41,415 bases of DNA from a virus (Duplodnaviria; Caudoviricetes): positions 1 to 41,415 of the IMG/VR virus record IMGVR_UViG_3300007643_000005; one strand, written 5' to 3'. This document shows positions 37,400 through 41,415 of the stretch, one piece after another. Below the pieces are notes generated by a model, which saw nothing but the letters and a program-made list of their open reading frames with translations, was not told the origin of the DNA and ran no database searches. Made by a program: the position numbers and the translations under genes. How positions within the stretch are numbered: position 1 is the stretch's first letter; every line of letters starts with the position of its first letter.

Positions 37400-37419
37400 G
37401 ATTCCTCTTCTGGGCACCA
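37400..37419 (+). mobile_element. Right att core: tRNA (Leu-like) 3'-end copy
   Basis: GATTCCTCTTCTGGGCACCA resembles part of a T-arm plus acceptor strand and CCA; TACGGAA direct repeats upstream (37347-37364) are candidate arm sites. Confidence 0.75.
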
Positions 37420-38865
37420 TCTTCATATACTACTGTTATTATTGAATTATTTTTATCTTTTTTTGAGGCAAGATTGGGAGTGATTCAATAACCATTTGAA
37501 ATTCAATATAATTCTGATTCTAGTCCTGTTACCCCTCTTTTCTCACTTCTTTTTTTAAGTGTACCAAGAAGGCAAGATTCCTTTAAAATCAACAGGCTAA
37601 AAATTGTATGTATGCTAACACCCAAAACTTTTTCAAGGAAAAAGCTTTAAACTAGACGAACGTGGCAGTGTAAAATTTGGCCGTGAATTAAATGCCTTAT
37701 AATGAAGCATTATACAAATATATTGCTTTCTGTGAAGGATAGTTTTTATGGAAAAGCCAACACCATTTATCAGCTACGCAAGAGAAGATATTGATTGGGC
37801 CAGGAAAATAGCCTCTTCACTTAAAAAGATTGGTGCACAACCATGGATTGACGAGGAAGAACTCCTTCCTGGGCAAGACTGGAAGTCACATATTTTAAGG
37901 GCTCTGAAATCCTGCTCACATGTAATTGTTCTAATATCCAAGAACTCCGTAAATAAACGTGGATTTGTACAAAAGGAGGTAAAAAAATCTCTAGAACTTC
38001 TAGATGAATTCCCTCCAGATTCTATTTTTCTTTTGCCTGTTCGTTTAGACAAATCTGAGCCAAAGTATCTATCGCTAAGCAAATTAAATTGGATAGATAT
38101 TTATGATGAATATGATAGGGCTCTAACAAAAATTGCTGCGGCTATGGGATTAATATACCAAAAGGAAACAATAAGTATTAATTGGAAACGAAATACTAAG
38201 AGCTGGAGCTCGTATGAGTGGATGCCTGTTATAGAAGATAGAATTTTACATTTACTGACCAACAAAGAAATTACTCGGCGCTTACGGTTCAGTGAGTTGG
38301 ATTTTTATTTTTATCCAAATGGTAAAATTCAAAGCGCTAGACTAAAGGACAGTCAAGATATTTATGGCATGAGTTTTGATATGGGTGACACAATATACTT
38401 TGATGAGGACGGTCGGATTGTTGGTGTTCATGCTTATCGTGGTGGTGATTAATTTTATGGAATACATACTTACGGCATGTCTAACTAATAAAGATAGATA
38501 ATCTCACAATCTGGATCGGTAATCCCGGCTTTACTAATTAATTCTTGATTTAAATCTACAATATCAAATCACGTGAGAGACCCACATTACACATCTGGAG
38601 AAGGTTCAGGCAGTAGTCCAGTCAACGAAACAGATGCAGGAGATTCATTAAAACTCCCCTTGAGATTCTTATTCCATTCCTCTAAAACACTGAATAATTG
38701 GTTCAAGGTCTCTCCTTGGAGGCGCACCATCTTATACAGTCTTGTTTTCATTGCATTATTTTATCTGCTTTTGGAAAAAGAAAAGGAGTGACGCGACAAC
38801 CCATTGAAATTCAATAGAATTCTGGCTCTAGTCCTACCAACCCTCTTATCTCACTTCTTTTTTTG
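37414..38865 (+). repeat. ~145-bp degenerate direct repeats flanking the TIR gene
   Basis: 37414-37557 vs 38724-38865: both begin GCACCATCTT and share TTGAAATTCAATA.AATTCTG..TCTAGTCCT and CTCACTTCTTTTTTT. Confidence 0.85.
37748..38452 (+). CDS. TIR-domain protein
   Basis: FISYARED, WIDEEELLPGQDW, SKNSV..RGFVQKE (catalytic Glu position), LLPVRLD. Confidence 0.92.
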   Translation: MEKPTPFISYAREDIDWARKIASSLKKIGAQPWIDEEELLPGQDWKSHILRALKSCSHVIVLISKNSVNKRGFVQKEVKKSLELLDEFPPDSIFLLPVRLDKSEPKYLSLSKLNWIDIYDEYDRALTKIAAAMGLIYQKETISINWKRNTKSWSSYEWMPVIEDRILHLLTNKEITRRLRFSELDFYFYPNGKIQSARLKDSQDIYGMSFDMGDTIYFDEDGRIVGVHAYRGGD

Positions 38866-39076
38866 GTTGTAGTCTAATCGTTTCACCAGCAAATCAGCTT
38901 CCAATATTTTCAAGTATCAGTACCTATCCTATAAGAAACTAAGCAGTAATATAAAAACCAAGCTGATAAATCTGGGTGCTATTTTCTGAAAAAACTTGCA
39001 AAATTGCAATACTGATTGGCTCGTCACAAAAAATGTCTCAAAAAAATCTTAATACTCAATGCGGTAATATTTCCGT

Positions 39077-40831
39077 TTATATGATATCAACAGTTACAGC
39101 AGTATCAAGAATCACTGTTCCTATGATGCCTATCTCGGCTGCGGTGAATTCATACACTCCAAAACCTGCATTAGCCCAGTTTCCAACTTGACCATTAGAA
39201 GTATTATCTAGATTGACAATATCACCTGCATTACCATGAATAAACAACGTATCAGTGGTAGTCTGCGCCTCATTAAGATTGAGTAGGTCGGTTAGATTTA
39301 AACTGATGGTGCTATTACCGCCATCATTGGTTAAATCAATGATTTCTATACTGTCAAGTTTCGTGTCTGCCAATGTGCGGAGATCTATATCTAACGGGAC
39401 ATCAAAGCGTAGCGTGTCAATACCCGTACCTCCATCAAGCGAAGCAAAAGTTAAATCAGAAACGGCCAGAATGTCATCACCCGCACCACCCCGCAGTACA
39501 TCTGCGCCACTATTGCCAAGCAAAATATCATCACCGGCACCAGCCACTAATTGGTCGGCGTCACTGTTACCTGTCAACGTATCATTACCACTCGTGCCAA
39601 CCGTTGCTGTCGAGCCCTGCCCTCCAAATACCACAAAACTGGCACCGCTTCTAAAACCATTCGGGTTGTCAAAATATGCCCCAACGATCAAATCAGCCAA
39701 CCCATCGCCATTGACATCTCCAGCACTGCTGACAGAACTCCCGCTGCCACCAAAATCATTTGCACCATTAATCACAAAACCGCCGGTGCCATTTTCAATA
39801 TCTGAGAGCTCTACCTCCGTACCATCTGTTTTACCAAACACCACAAAGCTGGTACCGCCATATCCTCCAAAAACAAAATCGTTATTTCTCCCAATATTTG
39901 GATCATGATCAGGCGCCCCAACGATCAAATCAGCCAACCCATCACCATTGATATCACCAGCATCGCTGACAGAACTCCCACTGTCATCACTCACACTTAC
40001 GCCGTTAATCACAAAGCCGCCGGTGCCACTTTCAATATCTGAGAGTTCCACCTTCGTGCCATCTGTTTTACCAAACACCACAAAGCTGGCGCCGCTATCT
40101 CCTATAATAATGCCAGAATCGGTTTTTCTACTATTTGGATCATCACCAGGCGCCCCAACAATCAGATCAGCCAGTCCGTCGCCATTGACATCACCAGCAT
40201 TGCTGACAGAACGCCCACTGTCATCATTCACACTTACGCCGTTAATCACAAAGCCATTATTGTTGTCATTTTGCTCAAGTTCTGAGAGCTCTACCGTAAT
40301 TAAACTATTAACCAGACTTTGAACGCTTGCATTTGCTACAAGCAGTGATTCGTTGGATGCGTCAATACCGTCAAGCCATTCACGTGTATCTCGCGCCCCA
40401 TGTGTGCTGTTATAACTATTGTCTAAATTGCGTTCAGCCAGCAAGTCGGTAAAAATATTTGCTGCTTCTGCACGATTATTCAGGGTCAAGCTCAATTCAG
40501 CATCAATCTCAGTCGTCAAGAAGGCGAACAATTTTGACCAGGAGTCAATGCCTTGTGCAAGAAAGTCAGTCGCAAGCTGATCAGCTTCGGGGTCAGTCAA
40601 ATCTAAACTAAAGCCATTGCTGGCTATTGTTTGTAAAACACCGTTTACACCTTTTTCATTTTGCAACACCTGCTGCGTCATAAAGTCGTCAACTAACGGT
40701 GCGATCTAACTAAAGTCACCGGTTTGATCGCGCAATTGGGATAGTTGATCGCGCAGTGCGCTTGAGCTAGGGATGCCTGTTGCTAGCAGAATATATTTTT
40801 GAATGGTTGCAAGGGCGGTTTGATTGGGCAT
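39077..40831 (-). pseudogene. FG-GAP (integrin-alpha-like) repeat + RTX Ca-binding protein, with in-frame TAG at codon 42
   Basis: Three AGD(V/I)NGDGLADLIVGA repeats and GxGxD nonapeptides; the frame extends to ATG 40831 across a TAG at 40706-40708. Confidence 0.8.
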
Positions 40832-41099
40832 TTTGTTTGTTATTATGAAATAATGAGTTGGTGATCAGTATTACTGCAACTTCAATTTACATAGTAATAA
40901 TCAAGATGCTTGTGTATGTGTTTGCCTACAAGTTAATATTATCATAGTCTTGGAAGTGAAATAATCACAGAGCAATATGCTATCGAGCGCATTTAAACTG
41001 TTTTATAGCAAATAATTTTGCATCAAGTGGAAGGGGTTTAAGGAAGCTTGTGAAAGCTAAATCATTCGGGTAATTGCTGTATTCGAAAATCTCAGGTTC

Positions 41100-41320
41100 A
41101 AGGCGCACTAGTGCTCCGTCTACTTTATATTGACGGGCTTAGCGACCCGGGAAGTGGTTGACCGTAAGGCACGTCTCGCTGGGAATGGCTAGCCCTTTTC
41201 AAGAGGCGTAACACAGCGGGCAAGTACTTCCCGGGTCGCCCAAAGGGAGCTGCCCAGATGATCCAATACTGCGTTGTGGTCTTTGAAAATGGCTGGTCAT
41301 TTACCGCAGATCATGCCTAG
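41100..41320. repeat. Structured intergenic repeat element
   Basis: Perfect 14-bp IR at 41142-41155/41226-41239; two related ~50-bp units in inverted orientation (41166-41216, 41269-41318). Confidence 0.65.
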
Positions 41321-41415
41321 TAGTCAGTCATGATGAAACACATGGATATAGGCGGGCCAATTTTCTTCGAGCTACTTGAGTAGTAAATCGCCAATTGACT
41401 GGATTAGCCTTTAAG

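Larger units (their letters stand above)
1..37419. mobile_element. Lambda/HK97-like siphovirus prophage (left end outside window)
   Basis: Ordered set of integrase, lysis, tail, head, packaging, replication, immunity and xis genes, ending at a tRNA 3'-end duplicate. Confidence 0.96.

Noticed and set aside
37380-37419. Complete tRNA gene
   Set aside because: Only the last ~20 nt are tRNA-like; the upstream sequence gives no D or anticodon arm
38573-38791. 72-aa CDS
   Set aside because: Runs through the second att-like repeat, has a GTG start with no RBS and no recognisable motif

Overview
Nearly the whole window (<1 to ~37419) is one lambda/HK97-like siphovirus prophage. Its tyrosine integrase is cut by the left edge, and its right att is a tRNA 3'-end copy (37400-37419, tRNA-Leu-like). 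On the minus strand, from the immunity region leftward, are cro, cII-like, a primase-helicase with an iteron origin, Q-like, HNH, terS/terL, portal, protease, capsid, head-tail genes, tail tube, a -1 frameshifted tail chaperone, tape measure, tail/fibre genes and a holin. On the plus strand are cI, the early-left operon and xis. Unusual cargo: (i) a 1.3 kaa signal-peptide, two-CxxCH, hydrazine-synthase-alpha-like/PKD protein inside the tail operon; (ii) a PEP-CTERM gene with its own sigma54 promoter and enhancer-like site in the immunity region; (iii) a small gene plus a degenerate Doc/Fido-like gene; (iv) a J-domain + RHH moron; (v) a lysozyme-like gene in the early operon rather than beside the holin. 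terS has an in-frame TGA. Beyond att lie a TIR gene bracketed by ~145-bp degenerate att-like repeats, a nonsense-interrupted FG-GAP/RTX gene and a structured repeat. The host is plausibly a Nitrosomonas-like betaproteobacterium (inference only). All family calls come from motif recognition by eye, not database searches.
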